DNA of 63,977 bases, counting the filler, from Choristocarpus tenellus KU-1152 (lineage: Eukaryota > Protista > Phaeophyceae), in NCBI GenBank assembly GCA_964200185.2. It is 12 parts of 12 records of this genome, joined end to end, with 100 filler letters (N's around TTAATTAATTAA, not from the genome) between each part and the next. Parts side by side here need not be neighbours in the genome. Positions count along the whole stretch, not along the records: positions 7,391 to 27,313 come from CAXNAD020000432.1; positions 27,414 to 30,016 come from CAXNAD020026366.1; positions 30,117 to 32,933 come from CAXNAD020024498.1; positions 33,034 to 35,933 come from CAXNAD020023797.1; positions 36,034 to 39,114 come from CAXNAD020022451.1; 7 more parts are not named here. One strand, 5' to 3'. Each line of letters starts with the position of its first letter. The first letter of the stretch is position 1. Positions 24,601 to 36,662 of this stretch are shown piece by piece. The translations under genes and the position numbers were made by a program. The notes under the pieces are model-generated. The model made no database searches and was not told the origin of the DNA. It saw only the letters and a list, made by a program, of their open reading frames with translations.

Positions 24601-27255
24601 CATCTCAAAATACAACTCAGGCATCTTGCCCTCCACACTGGCAAGCTATATCGCAGTGCCCTCTGCGATCACATAAAGATTGAAGTTGATGGGGGGGGGA
24701 CAAATTAGTGGGGCAGTGGTGTGCTCACCCAGGGGACCCATGTCCTCAGCCCCTCCTGTGCCTGGGAAGATGCCTCCCTGATGGAGAGAGCAGTAACGAA
24801 TCTGGTATGTGCATGGCGGAATCACGGTCAACATCAATACACACGCCAAAGGCCCCCATTGGAAAGATCAGCACCTGTGGTTGCGCTGTGGATGTACTGT
24901 AGGTGAGGGTGCCAAGGTCAACACTAAAGTAGGGCAGCACTACATTTATCCAGACACATGATGTTAGAGAGGCATCAGATGTATGCAGGACCTACTCAAT
25001 CTGTAAAAAAAAATGTGAACCCAACTGCATAATGCTGTAGTGTTTCAACACCGGTATACATCAACCACCCCCTCAAGGATTCATACAAAAGTTTAAGTAC
25101 AACCCTGGAGTACATCATAGCATCAGATGTACTTCAAGGTACAAAATATAGCACCTCCCCTGCCGCCAATGCTTTACATACTTCTTCCACAAGAATACAT
25201 TCCTTACACCACACGACATACATACCAGACCTGCTCCTATACACCAATCCACACTGCACAAAAACATATACACAATCCAACGTAATGCAGAGCCCAGAAC
25301 TGTGTCGTGTCATAAAAGGTTCAGGGGAGGGAATATTACAGTACATGCAAAGCAACGAGGTGCAGAGTCAACTAAAAAAATATTGATCTACCCAAAAGTC
25401 GGGATCGTGTCAGTCAAAATAGTCCATTTCAACTCTTTTTCATTCTTTCGACAAACTTCCCTAGCATGAGTAAATCCTAACGGTTTCTAACCTCGCTTGC
25501 AAATCAAAACACTGTGCAGTATATAATAGTGTTTTTTTTTTTATTGTTTCAAGTCCGGTGAAAGAACAGCCCACACCTCAACATGTCTTGCACATCCAAA
25601 GAAAATCGTAGTCAGCATTCCAATGCAATTGATCAAAGCATGCTCTGAGGTGTCCAGAGTAGGTCATGCCCAACATACCATAGCTCTGCAACATTGGTCG
25701 AGGTCAAGGAACACCGATACTACTTTACATACAACACTTGAAACCAATGAAGGTCAAGCACCATCCACTGAAGTAGCAGCTGGCACTACACTAATCTTGA
25801 CCAACAGGAGCACAGGCAATTATTTACTTTCCCTCCACATTGTCTCACCCTCGGATCTGACTTCACTATGGACGCAACACCGTTGCCATGGTGCACATCC
25901 CAGTCCAGTATTGCCACCCTGCAGAAAAAAAAATCCACCACAAGAAGAGAAGCAATGCTTATTCAACAGCGCAGCGAATTGTCTGTGTTGCAGCTTGGAA
26001 TCATCTGCTGCACAAGTCAGTACCCACCTACACTCTTCAGCACATGCAGCAGAAGGACACTACAGCACAATACTTGGAAATGTACAATTCTAAAAAGCTC
26101 AGTGTGCGCACCTTTGACATCCAAGGGTTTCAAGGGCATGGAATGCTGCAGCAGCTGCAAAACATATAATGCAGAATCCTGCAAGCAGCGGGCAGTGACG
26201 GAGAGGAGGTCAGCTAGAGGGTGAGCAGATAGTATGTCAATTGCGTGCATGGGTCCCTTATATGTCAGTGGCGATTTGTAACATTGTGTACGCAAATGTA
26301 TGAATGTATATTGGCAGGCCTCATTTCTATGTCAAATGCATGGTTCTTTCATCGAGGAAGTGTATTGCAATGGAGAAAGGCAGTAAGGGACTCACCCATT
26401 GCTGTGTTGGAGGATGCATGGTGTCCAGGGGGGCGGGTCAGGGCAAAGGATGGAACACCTTGCCGTACATTTACATCAACGGCATCAAGCCATGCAGATG
26501 TGGCGACCACACACACCTAGCGTACAGCACAGTCAGTGGTGCCATATATCAGGGCATGCAACATATATGAAGAGTGGCGCAGCTGAGAGCAACTTATGGT
26601 GGGTGGGGGAAGGAGGGACTCATTGACACAGGGGAAGGGTGCACAAAAGACAACAGCACCGAAAAAAGAGGCCATGTGGTTGAGATACATTGACTGGGGA
26701 TCAGATTCGTGTTAAGCTTAGGGTTCAGGAGTTGGATGGGAGGAGCACAATGAACTAACAAAAAAAAGTAAGGTAATGTCCTATTCACAATACTGCAGGG
26801 AAACAACACTTCCTGCTGGAACATGCCACTAGTAAGGTGCATGACTGGGTATACAAGGGAGGACAGTGGCAAAGTAAGACAAACTCGATGAGGGTGTATT
26901 GAAAGGATTCAAAAAAGAAAAACAGAGGTGAGGAGTGAGGATGGGGGGAGGGAAGGGAAGTGATATGAAGAATTCGATGAATTGGGTACACCATGCACAT
27001 TCAGTATCAAGTGAGAAGGAATGGGCTACTGTGTAGTAAAGTTTATCCAAAAGATTGAAATGGGTGGGAATTTCTAACATGTTCCAAATGCTGAGGAGTT
27101 GATTAGAACCCCATCTTCGACGAGTTTTGCAACTCTAGATTGTGCTCTATACAAATCATTGCCTTGTGAAGTTCATAGATTCATCAATACATTGAAGAAA
27201 GAGAAGAGCTTGTACAAGCACAACACTCACATTGAATGTGTTAGGAGACACGTAT
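21649..27255 (-). CDS. Histone deacetylase family protein (class II / HDA14-like, spliced, 5'-truncated)
   Basis: All splice phases join: 27255-27231 (YVSPNTFN), 26516-26396 (FALTRPPGHHA), 26178-26112 (GFC), 25918-25849 (VAILDWDVHHGNG), 24801-24729 (SLHQGGIFPGTG), 23573-23482, 22693-22523 (IVSAGFD...LEGGYNL), 21729-21649 (TAG). The catalytic HH, Zn ligands and Tyr are intact. Confidence 0.95.
22950..23300 (-). mobile_element. Degenerate Ty3/gypsy integrase fragment in an HDAC intron
   Basis: Minus strand reads DVTGHI (cf. Zn-finger DVxxY, ~23215) then HPW...SLDFVRP (cf. PWxxxSLDFVGPLP, ~23090-23130). Confidence 0.5.
23950..24400 (-). mobile_element. Degenerate Ty3/gypsy RNaseH fragment in an HDAC intron
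   Basis: Minus strand reads MPHPDWKSHPF (cf. LxxPDWxKPF, ~24256-24288) and FKYITNIVSL (cf. FxxxTDHxxL, ~24140-24168). Confidence 0.42.
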
Positions 27256-28092
27256 CTGGCTTAGGAAGTTGATCAAACACAGGTAGTCAGAAGGAGAGTT
27301 AGGGGTGGGGGGGNNNNNNNNNNNNNNNNNNNNNNNNNNNNNNNNNNNNNNNNNNNNTTAATTAATTAANNNNNNNNNNNNNNNNNNNNNNNNNNNNNNN
27401 NNNNNNNNNNNNNACATCCAGGTCGAGGAGGGATGTCAATTATGCTGACAAGCAGGTGAAGCTCTACCGTGATTTTTTTTTTTTTTCTAGGTTGATATTT
27501 CCACTCCCCTCCACCTGACAAATGCTTCCCCACTACAAGTCCATACATTGCACCCAGCCCTAACCCTAACCTAAGCCTGCTACGCCCTACTGTACAAACA
27601 ACTACCTAAGTATGTGAATGTACAATATATGGTAGTACAGTAGATTACATGTTTAAATGTTTAACTAAATGTGTATCGCAGTACATATCAGTAAAGTTGT
27701 AAACAATAGGCAGATTCCATGCATGCTGCATTTCGCAGATACAACCCAACCCTCACAATAAATATATGTAGATATAGCTTTTCCTTAGTTTGACTACTAG
27801 CTGCAACAACTTTACTTGTCAACCACAGTCGCGCCTGTGTGTTCTCCACTTCTCCCAGACAGGTCTCTGCCCTTTGCACCATGCAGTGCACCTAGAGTTA
27901 AGAAATTCTATACGAAAACTAATGCATCAGGGAGCACAAGTCGAAGCTACAGATAAGGTGCACCCACAGTTTTTGCCCAACCCCTTGGGGCAGAGACTTA
28001 TAAAACAAGAGTCATCTCAAGAAGAAAAATAACAGTGGAAAGGATTGTGAGCACCATGGAGTGTCCTTTCTATTTTCTTAATGGATCAATTG

Positions 28093-28319
28093 AATACCCA
28101 GGTTTTGGCCGTTTTGCATTTTAAATATTTTTTTTACATACTTGCTATATTGGCCCATGTTTCAATGTATAAAGTGGTAAGGTTGACTTGAGAGCGTTGA
28201 TCTCTCTTTTGTTTGAAAAAATTATACAAAATTCAGAAAATTCCCTAAACACGTCTTGTACAAAAAGCCGAATTTTGCACAAGATTACCAACATCCTTAA
28301 AATGCAAACCTGGGTACCC
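28093..28319. mobile_element. MITE with TACCCAGGTTT TIRs
   Basis: gaaTACCCAGGTTT ... AAACCTGGGTAccc. The interior shares ttgacttgagagcgtt with the family C element at 2313. Confidence 0.6.
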
Positions 28320-28684
28320 CTTGTTGACTTAAGCTCTCCTAAAGAAAAAGGCGTGTGCTCTGGAGTATTCCTGAGTATTGTATCCCTAAGACGAAGCATA
28401 TTGGATGGAGGAGGAGGGGAGAAGCTATGTAGGGTACTGGCATGGACTGAGTGGTACATTCATGAGTGAGCTCTACAGTACTGATATCAATTTTACTATC
28501 AATACAGTGATACAAGTGGCCAAATTCACACATTCTTCCCAAGAGAGGTGGGGTCACCCCAAGGAATGCTTCTCATCTCAACCAAGTATTCCGAATGGAT
28601 TAGTTGATGTGTTACATTCATATACAGCTTCGATGCCAAGCAGTTTCAATGTCTGGCGTGGTCTGTGACATGACAAGAATATTG

Positions 28685-28937
28685 GAGTGAAAGCACTTAA
28701 GAGGGTAGGGTCTCATCCGTTCAGGATCATAAATTCAATGTTGCGGTTTGATGAATTTTGGCTATCTTATTTCTTTGGAAGTGTCCTATCCTTGCTCCGG
28801 ACACACCATTTGTAGTCATATATTTTAGGTAACTGTTTTCATACAGAAAACCGAAAAGGGGCATAAAAAACCCGTGGGAAGCCAAGCTCTGAACGGAAAA
28901 AAGAGCAAAACTCCTACCCTCTTAAATGCTTTGGGTC
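28685..28937 (+). mobile_element. MITE subfamily A'
   Basis: GAGTGAAAGCACTTAAGAGGGTAGG ... CCTACCCTCTTAAATGCTTTGGGTC. No clear TSD. Confidence 0.85.
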
Positions 28938-29036
28938 AGTCTGCATTGAGAAAGTATTCCCTTGATTTGCTCGGCATCACTGAGAGTCACCTTATGTAGC
29001 ACTGACTTCTCCATCATCACCATTTCAATGCATCAG

Positions 29037-29138
29037 GTGGGCATGACACCTCTGATGCTAGCATGCCGACTTGGGCACAAAGCAATGATAGATATGCTTC
29101 TAGATGTGTACAATGCTGACCTGGACAAGGAGGACAAG
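29037..29138 (+). CDS. Single ankyrin-repeat exon
   Basis: cag|...|gtgatt, 102 nt, phase 0-0, encoding VGMTPLMLACRLGHKAMIDMLLDVYNADLDKEDK. This fits the ankyrin consensus G-x-TPL-x-x-A...G-H...LL...AD. Confidence 0.85.
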
Positions 29139-29498
29139 GTGATTCAATATCGTCAAATTGCCTTTGTGTACTTCATTTCACGCAGGGCAGGACTCACTAT
29201 CATATTTCCAACAAATGCAGTGAGTACATGAGAAACACTGCTCTTATTGATGCTGCAATTCCTGTACACTCTACTAGTACTATAGTTTCTACGTCATTTG
29301 TAGAGAGACACATTGTGCTCTACTTCTACAGGATCAACCGATCGGATCCTTGGAGCATTGTGCTGTAACGCAACTCAGCACTTAACAACAGTCCATAGTG
29401 CCCGAGTCATCCTTGATGCCACAATTCAAAATAAGCTTTTTTCTTTTGGGCTGTACTGTCCATATTCCAACTGGGACAGTCTAAAACCATGTCGCTTT

Positions 29499-29600
29499 AT
29501 CTAGATGAAGCTTTGGCTCAGTTGATCAGCAGCCCGATTACTGTTTTTTGAGAGGTGTTTTGTACTGTACGTATCAACCTTGTTGAAGCTTCATCTAGAT
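29499..29600. repeat. 102-bp foldback element
   Basis: Perfect 15-bp inverted repeat ATCTAGATGAAGCTT / AAGCTTCATCTAGAT plus inner GTTGAT/ATCAAC pairing. Confidence 0.8.
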
Positions 29601-29820
29601 CACAATAAAAAAACGTTCTCCCTCATATGACCCACGTGCACATGTTTGGACATTGACATGCACTTGTTCGGGAATTGACATACTCATGTGTAGACATCGA
29701 CATATGTGGGCGTGTGATACGCCGCACAGTTTGTTTTCTTACAGGGAAACGTACAGGGATGGCAGTGTCACGAGCATTTTGCTGAGCATCACGATGGTGC
29801 TGTACTTTGTTGATTGCAGT

Positions 29821-30001
29821 GACTCGAAGTATCTGGGAGGGAGGGTGGCGGCTGTCCATTTGGGGCCCATTTTTCCATATTGCGATTTTTTGGTGATTTG
29901 GTTGCATGCGTCGGATGGATAATCTAAGTGCACTTTTCCTGGTCAGGGTCCAAATGGACACCCTGGTGTAGACCCCCCCCCCCTCCAAGATATTTTGGGT
30001 C
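29821..30001 (+). mobile_element. Complete MITE (family S)
   Basis: GACTCGAAGTATCTGGGAGGG ... CCAAGATATTTTGGGTC. No clear TSD. Confidence 0.88.
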
Positions 30002-31099
30002 TGTAGTTGGGGTAGGNNNNNNNNNNNNNNNNNNNNNNNNNNNNNNNNNNNNNNNNNNNNTTAATTAATTAANNNNNNNNNNNNNNNNNNNNNNNNNNNN
30101 NNNNNNNNNNNNNNNNGGGGCGGTGCTTCGGGGTAGGGGGGGTGGGGTGGGGGGGGGGGGGGGGGGGGGGGGGGTGGGGGGTGTGGGGCTATGCATACGC
30201 TTTTGTCATTTCTCATTGAGTTGGGTTGAGTTTAGTGACACAGTCGTGGTGGGGCTGAGTACCAGGGTGGGGGATGCTCTGTATATCGAGGTAGCTACGA
30301 GCTGATCCGACCGACCGGGATGCATCCAATGAGGTTAGTTCAATTGTTGTGGGTACCTCAGGAAGTGCAACAAATTGGGTGATGTACTACATGTAAAAAA
30401 ATAAAAAATAAAAAAAATGTTCGGCCTGGCAGTATTGCAGTGAAACAGTAGAAGTTTGTTTTTTTCGTTGGAAAATTGGATGGATAGATAAGGGACTATT
30501 GCACTTGAAGTTTTGAAACGATACAAAAAAAAGTCTCATTTCTTGGTTGGACGTGGCTCTGAGTGGAGTTGGACACTGTGGTCACCAGGGTGAAGTCCGT
30601 GGTCGCAAAATGATGTGGGCCTTGAGCCACAGCTCCCAACATGTTTTGGTCCTACTTTGTACTGCAATAATGTAGTTCAAGTATTGTGGTGCTCTAACCA
30701 AGTTTTCAATTCTAAAGACCAACTTTAGAGGGTCGTTTTATTTTGATATTTAGAATCGCATAAAGGAGCACTAGAAATGCTGTAGTACCTATTTAACCCA
30801 CATTGTTTTATTCAAACTATCTGTGTCAAATAGCGCCCATCAAAGAAATTCTGAAGTTTTTGACAAATTCGTTTTTTGAGTGTTTTTTTTATTATAATGA
30901 ACCCCTGTTATTGTTTTCTTTTGTGTCTTGACACAGAGCTATCGTCAAGATTCGGTTCCTTTACCAGAAAAAGTGCAGTGAGGATTTTGATCCGGTTGGC
31001 TGTGAATCTTCCTCCCTCTCAGCAAGATCAGCCTCTCATGTCTGGGTTGAGACCATCCTTTTCCAATGTTCCTATTATTTCCATTTGAGTATTTAGAAG

Positions 31100-31135
<36 letters not shown>

Positions 31136-32883
31136 AAGAAATTACTGTGGTTGATGTTCCGCTTCCTTTCCCCTCTTCTCTTGCCCGTCCCAGATGGATA
31201 TCACACTTCTCATTGCATACTTGGTCTCTCGATTTCACATTCTTCCTGAGGATGCTGACCATGGTTCACCTGACCCTGGCATCCGCTGCACATTCGTGCT
31301 GGATCTTGAGGGGGGACTCAGGCTCAGAGTGCGTCCTCGCAGCTAGTTAAGTCTAAGAGTCACTATAGTGGAAGGTTTGTGAAGAGTTATTTAGATAAGA
31401 TAAGGGTGTGCACTTGATATAGCCTTTGAAATTTGAAAAACAGTATTTACTGCGCAACGAAGGTTATCATCAAGAGTCAACAGGTACGGGACATGACATG
31501 GGAAGAAAATTTTTGTAACAACTGGAAAAAATGGCTGCATTGAGCAAGTGAGATTTTCAGTTCATCCTATGCCCTCTTTGGCATCACTCAGAACCAGGCA
31601 GGCCAGTTGAGGAACATGATCCTTTTTTTTGTATATCACTTCATGTTTTTTATAGCAGTAGTTTGGCTTCAAGTGTAGAAACAAGATATCCTCTTCCAAT
31701 TAGTTTTTGTTGCAGGTTTCCCTGGACCTTTGAACAATTTTTGTATGTTTTTCTTGCATTTTTGCATATTTTTCAGAAGCATCTTTGTTCAACAGGGTTG
31801 TGAAAGTTGCAAGGGGAAAACACTTACTGACTATGCATTTCTATACCAGTGCTGGATAAATGAAATGAAAGAGTATATATATTTTCTTCAGTGAGGCTTT
31901 AGCATCATTTGCAGGATGTTATCCGTTGTAAATGTGTATTTCAAGCTGAGCATAACATGTGCTATTGGTTGGCATGCTGTTGAACGAACTAGTTCCGTCA
32001 GGAACTTCCATAGTACAATGTTGACTTGAAGGGAAGTCTTCAGGAAATGACCATGCAAGGTGGCAATGAATAGCTGACAAATTGCAGAGTGTGCATGCTC
32101 AGAATTCAATTCATGAATAGATGTTTGCATAAAGGTTGCATTTTATTGTATTTTGTTGTGTTTTCAGTGCTTTTGTAGTGTGAAAGGAGAAATTTGTGTA
32201 TGTACAATAAAAACTGGAGCCACCTGTGCCCTATTTGATGCTTCCCTTGGTTTGAGGGAGTCCCATACACAATTCACTCCCCTCTACTACTAGCACTGTG
32301 ATTTGATAATGGTGTTTTGGGAAGCTGAAGACATCTTGTGTATCCCACTTTTGCTGTAGTGCACCTTTCAGAGTGGTACCTTATCAACAACACCAGGATT
32401 TTTGATCATGCTATCTGGTCAGTCCACTCATAGTATGTGTGACTCCTTGATGGAATTCTCACAGCGTCACGAAGGATGTTTTATACACTGGTAAAGGTTT
32501 AAAACTCTAATAGAAGAAAATAGGCCGTTTTTGGTGTTTATCCATGTAATTCTGTCATTAGGAAGTGTTTGTCAGATCTTTTTCGTGGAAGATTGGCATT
32601 CGGGCACCTGTTGGCTGCTGGACTCACTAATGTAGAACATAATTTTTTTTATCATCCATTTCCTGAAGGATCACCACGACTTGTGGCATATCAGAGCAAT
32701 AGAATTGGTGCTGATATTTGCGTTGTAGCATGTAACATGTGGTCAACCATGTCCTTTGAGGTGCTGTGCTCCATATTGACCTCCCTGTCAACAACTACAA
32801 GTAAGCACGAACTGTGGGTACAGTGTATCTTTCTTCAGTATTGAGACATCTTATCTTAGAAGGGGGCTTTAATTGGACCATTT

Positions 32884-32933
32884 GGCTCAAAGTATCTGGG
32901 AGGGGGCGGCGGCTGTCCCTTTGGGGTCAATTT
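32884..32933 (+). mobile_element. MITE family S, truncated by contig end
   Basis: GGCTCAAAGTATCTGGGAGGGGGCGGCGGCTGTCC left end. Confidence 0.85.
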
Positions 32934-33033
32934 NNNNNNNNNNNNNNNNNNNNNNNNNNNNNNNNNNNNNNNNNNNNTTAATTAATTAANNNNNNNNNNN
33001 NNNNNNNNNNNNNNNNNNNNNNNNNNNNNNNNN

Positions 33034-33224
33034 GTTTCTAATGACATTTTATTCACTCCTAAATATTTTGGAGTAGGTAAAATGTATATGCTATGAAAAG
33101 GAGTGTCCAGAACAAGGATATTGACATCTCCTAACAAACATGATAGCCAAAATAACATCAAATTGCAACATTGGATTTTGGTCCCCAAATGGACGCGGCT
33201 TTACCCTCTAAGATACTTTGACTC
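33034..33224 (-). mobile_element. MITE family A, truncated by contig start
   Basis: Family-A interior ending TACCCTCTAAGATACTTTGACTC. Confidence 0.9.
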
Positions 33225-35140
33225 ATTGGTATGTACAATTTTGTTCAAAGTTTATCCCATATTATACAGATCTGAGAGAACCCCTCCAAAAATTTACTCA
33301 CATTGAATTCATGTGTCGCCCTTTTTGGTGAATTGGTCATAGGCATCGGTTCATGATGCTGAATTTTGCTAGAATTAAGACTGTATTGACCTCTCTACCC
33401 TGATTTTACCCGACCTCTTGCGGTATATGTTCATACTTCAGAACATCAGACGATCCAACCAAAACTTCGCTGCACATTGTAAACTATTTGGGTAAGAAAT
33501 TCGATGGAGTACATCGATTTTTCTCGGCCACATACAAAGAACGCTTGGCGGTAGTCTTCGCAATTAACTATTGCCGTCCATATCTCCGGGTCGACATTGT
33601 CCTATTCACTCGAATGTGACACCCCGACAGTTTTTTGGCATTGAAGATACAGATAATATGCTGACAAGTTGAACCTTTGCATTCCAATGATTCGATTTTA
33701 CTGTCCATCATGAATCAAGCAAGAGTAATATTGTGTTCAATGCCCTATCTAACCTCTTTGTTGAGTGAGATCAACCAAATGCTGGCAACTCTTCGCCCCG
33801 ATTTCTAGGAATATCCCGGAAAATGTCATGTGAAATACTTCAGCCCCAACACGTCAACCACGTGAGATTTATTCAGGCCACTTTCATGAACCGGATGATA
33901 TACAGAGTGTCCGTGAGATTTCTAGTAGTTTGGTGAATATTTTTCCACCTTTGGACCACATCATAATCCGTTCAGCACAAATGCATCAATTTCACCTTTT
34001 TTTTTTGGATGTTTAGACACCCCCAACTCCGTGCATTTACCCCTCCGCGGGAGTTGATACATAGTATATAATATTTTCATGTTGATGCTGAAACTACCTG
34101 CTGTGCTGGTCATATATCACAGGTAATATGCGCAAACACCATGCATTTGGGGGTTTATGAGTTGTTCCAAAATAACTAATCCAGAAATAACCCACTAGAG
34201 CGCTGAAAGCACATGCACAATAATTTGTTCTAGGCGGAGAGCAGTCAGAGACCCCCACCTAACACTCAAGCAAGATTGACCTCGAAGATCGGATAACTCA
34301 GTGCTACTGTTGAGCAATTATCCTGTTGAGTAATCTTTGCATTAACGGTAAGAATGGGCTAATATCAACCTTTATGGTCAGGATGGGGTGCTGCTCGGTG
34401 CAATGAATGCTATGCATCTGAATCAGAGGGAGGATATGCCAGTTAGTTGCCACTTTTGATTGCACAACCCCAGCAGGAAAGGGACGGAGGGGGGCTGTAT
34501 GTTCTTTCCCTGGGAGAAAAAGTGAGGAGAGCAACATTGGCCTATAAGCAGACATAGGCAGTGCTGGACTAATACCATGAGGATGGCACCGGGGAATCTG
34601 TGGCTGAGTATGAGAAGTGGGCTTTGTACTATGCCTGCCTGCCGAAAAATTGATGTTTGAGATGTGGGAAACTGTACCAGTAGTGTGTGCAGCGATGAGG
34701 TATGCACGAAACTTGAACCTTTGAAGTGGGAAACAGAGAATGTAAACATCTAATGAAGGCATCACAGTCGAGGGAATTCCCAGACAGTGTAACATCAAAC
34801 CACAATCTGGGCTAGCCATTCCGTCAGGGAAGGATTGCCAAACCACTCTTTGGATCACAAGTGGCAGGGAGTGGTTGAGATTTTTCACATAGGTTGGAAA
34901 ATATCCCTCACTTAGTATCTAGGAGTCGCTCCTCGGAATAGTATATCTTACACGCAACACGTCATGATCCTATGTTTGCGAAGGTGTCTAAGAGGGGGTC
35001 ATGTTCCTTATCACCAGTTGTACGAAATACAAAGTATAGTCCCTGTTCTTGCATGCCTGTTTCGATCGCCCTGGTTTTTTCCCACGAACTGGACAAGGTA
35101 AGAGACCGATACTGATGGCTGATGTTTCAGAACGATGTCA

Positions 35141-35396
35141 GAGTGAAAGTATCTTAGAGGGTACGAGTTTTCCTTGTTTGCCCATTTGGGGCTTGGCTTC
35201 CCACAGGTTTTTAATGACATTTTACCTACTACAAAATGTTTCGGAGTGGGTAAAATGTATACATTATGAAAAGGAGTGTCCAGAACAAGGATATTGACAT
35301 CCCTATCAAACCTCATCGCCAAAATTACTTCAAATTGCAACGTTGGATTTCGGCCCTCAAATGGACGCGGCTCTACCCTGTAAGATCATTTTACTC
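35141..35396 (-). mobile_element. MITE family A
   Basis: GAGTGAAAGTATCTTAGAGGGTA ... TACCCTGTAAGATCATTTTACTC. 3-bp duplication TCA. Confidence 0.9.
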
Positions 35397-36305
35397 TCAG
35401 AGATTGGTGTGAGAGGTATCAGCTTTACCAACAACAAATACCTTTTTATAAATGTTCTACCTTACCCCAGTGGCAGATTCCCGCTACTTGATTTGAACGG
35501 GTTGCTGTCGATCTTGTGGAGTGCAAGGCCATTTTCTGGGGATGCCAACATGTTCTTCGAACTATCTGCCAATTGACACTGTTTGCTTTCTCATTCCCAT
35601 TTCAGACAAAAAGAAGTGAACCATTGCCAGAGCTTTGTAGTTTGTAAGGAAGTTTTCAATATTTGCCGCACCTGAAATTCTTCACTGTGACCAAAGTTCA
35701 GAATTTGAAAACAAACTTGTTCTGGAGTTATAAACAGTACTTGGGTACCATAATATTCGTGCCACAACCTATAGATATCACAGGGTAGCTCTGTTTTAGA
35801 GTGCATCTATTCCACTCTGCACCAAGTGCTATCCATATACAGTAACATTACAAAGAATATCTGGGCTCCTGTTCTTCTAGGTCAAAGTATCTTGGGGGGG
35901 GGGGGGGGGGGGTTTTTGGGGGGGGGGCGGTTTNNNNNNNNNNNNNNNNNNNNNNNNNNNNNNNNNNNNNNNNNNNNTTAATTAATTAANNNNNNNNNNN
36001 NNNNNNNNNNNNNNNNNNNNNNNNNNNNNNNNNAGATACTTTGGGTGGATACCCCACTCCACCACCCCCCTGTTAGATCTTTCTGGACGTCCCTGAGGAA
36101 ATCCTCTTTTTTCGAAGTGTATTTTCCCATAATAATATCGATCCCCCTCACGTCCCTTTGTTATGTAATATTCAGCCTTGATGTGGTGACTTTGTGCTCA
36201 AAAGGGTGGGAGAGTTGATCTACCTTTTCTGTATGCTCAACAGAGCAAAAGAACTCATCCGGATGCTTGCCATTGAGCACTGATGGGCCCCATGCCCCTG
36301 CCCAA

Positions 36306-36562
36306 GAATGAAAGTATCTTAGAGGGTACGAATTTTTCCCTGTTCGTCCATTTGGGGTTTTTCTTTCACAGGTTTTTGATGACATTTTCCTACTCTGAAA
36401 TGTTTCGAAGTGGGTAAAATGTGTATGCTATGAAGAGGTGTGTTTGGAACAAGGATATTGATACTTCCTAGCAAACACAATAGCCAAAATTACATCAAAA
36501 TCACAATATTGGATTTTGGACCCCAAACCGATGCGGCTCTACCCTCTAATATGCTTTGACTC
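36306..36562 (-). mobile_element. MITE family A
   Basis: GAATGAAAGTATCTTAGAGGGTA ... TACCCTCTAATATGCTTTGACTC. 3-bp duplication CAA. Confidence 0.9.
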
Positions 36563-36662
36563 CAACCCTCCAAGCCATTTAGTGTGCTGGGTTGGATAAT
36601 TTGTGCATCCGGAACCCTACCAGCCCCACTCCTCATTGGACTTCTCCCCTGCCCCTCCACAG

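Noticed and set aside
30945-31350. Possible coding exons on either strand
   Set aside because: I found no phase-consistent exon chain and no recognisable motif. The ORFs run through a (CA)n tract.
34304-34888. 194-aa minus-strand ORF
   Set aside because: It has no recognisable domain or supporting splice structure and is probably decayed repeat or a chance ORF.
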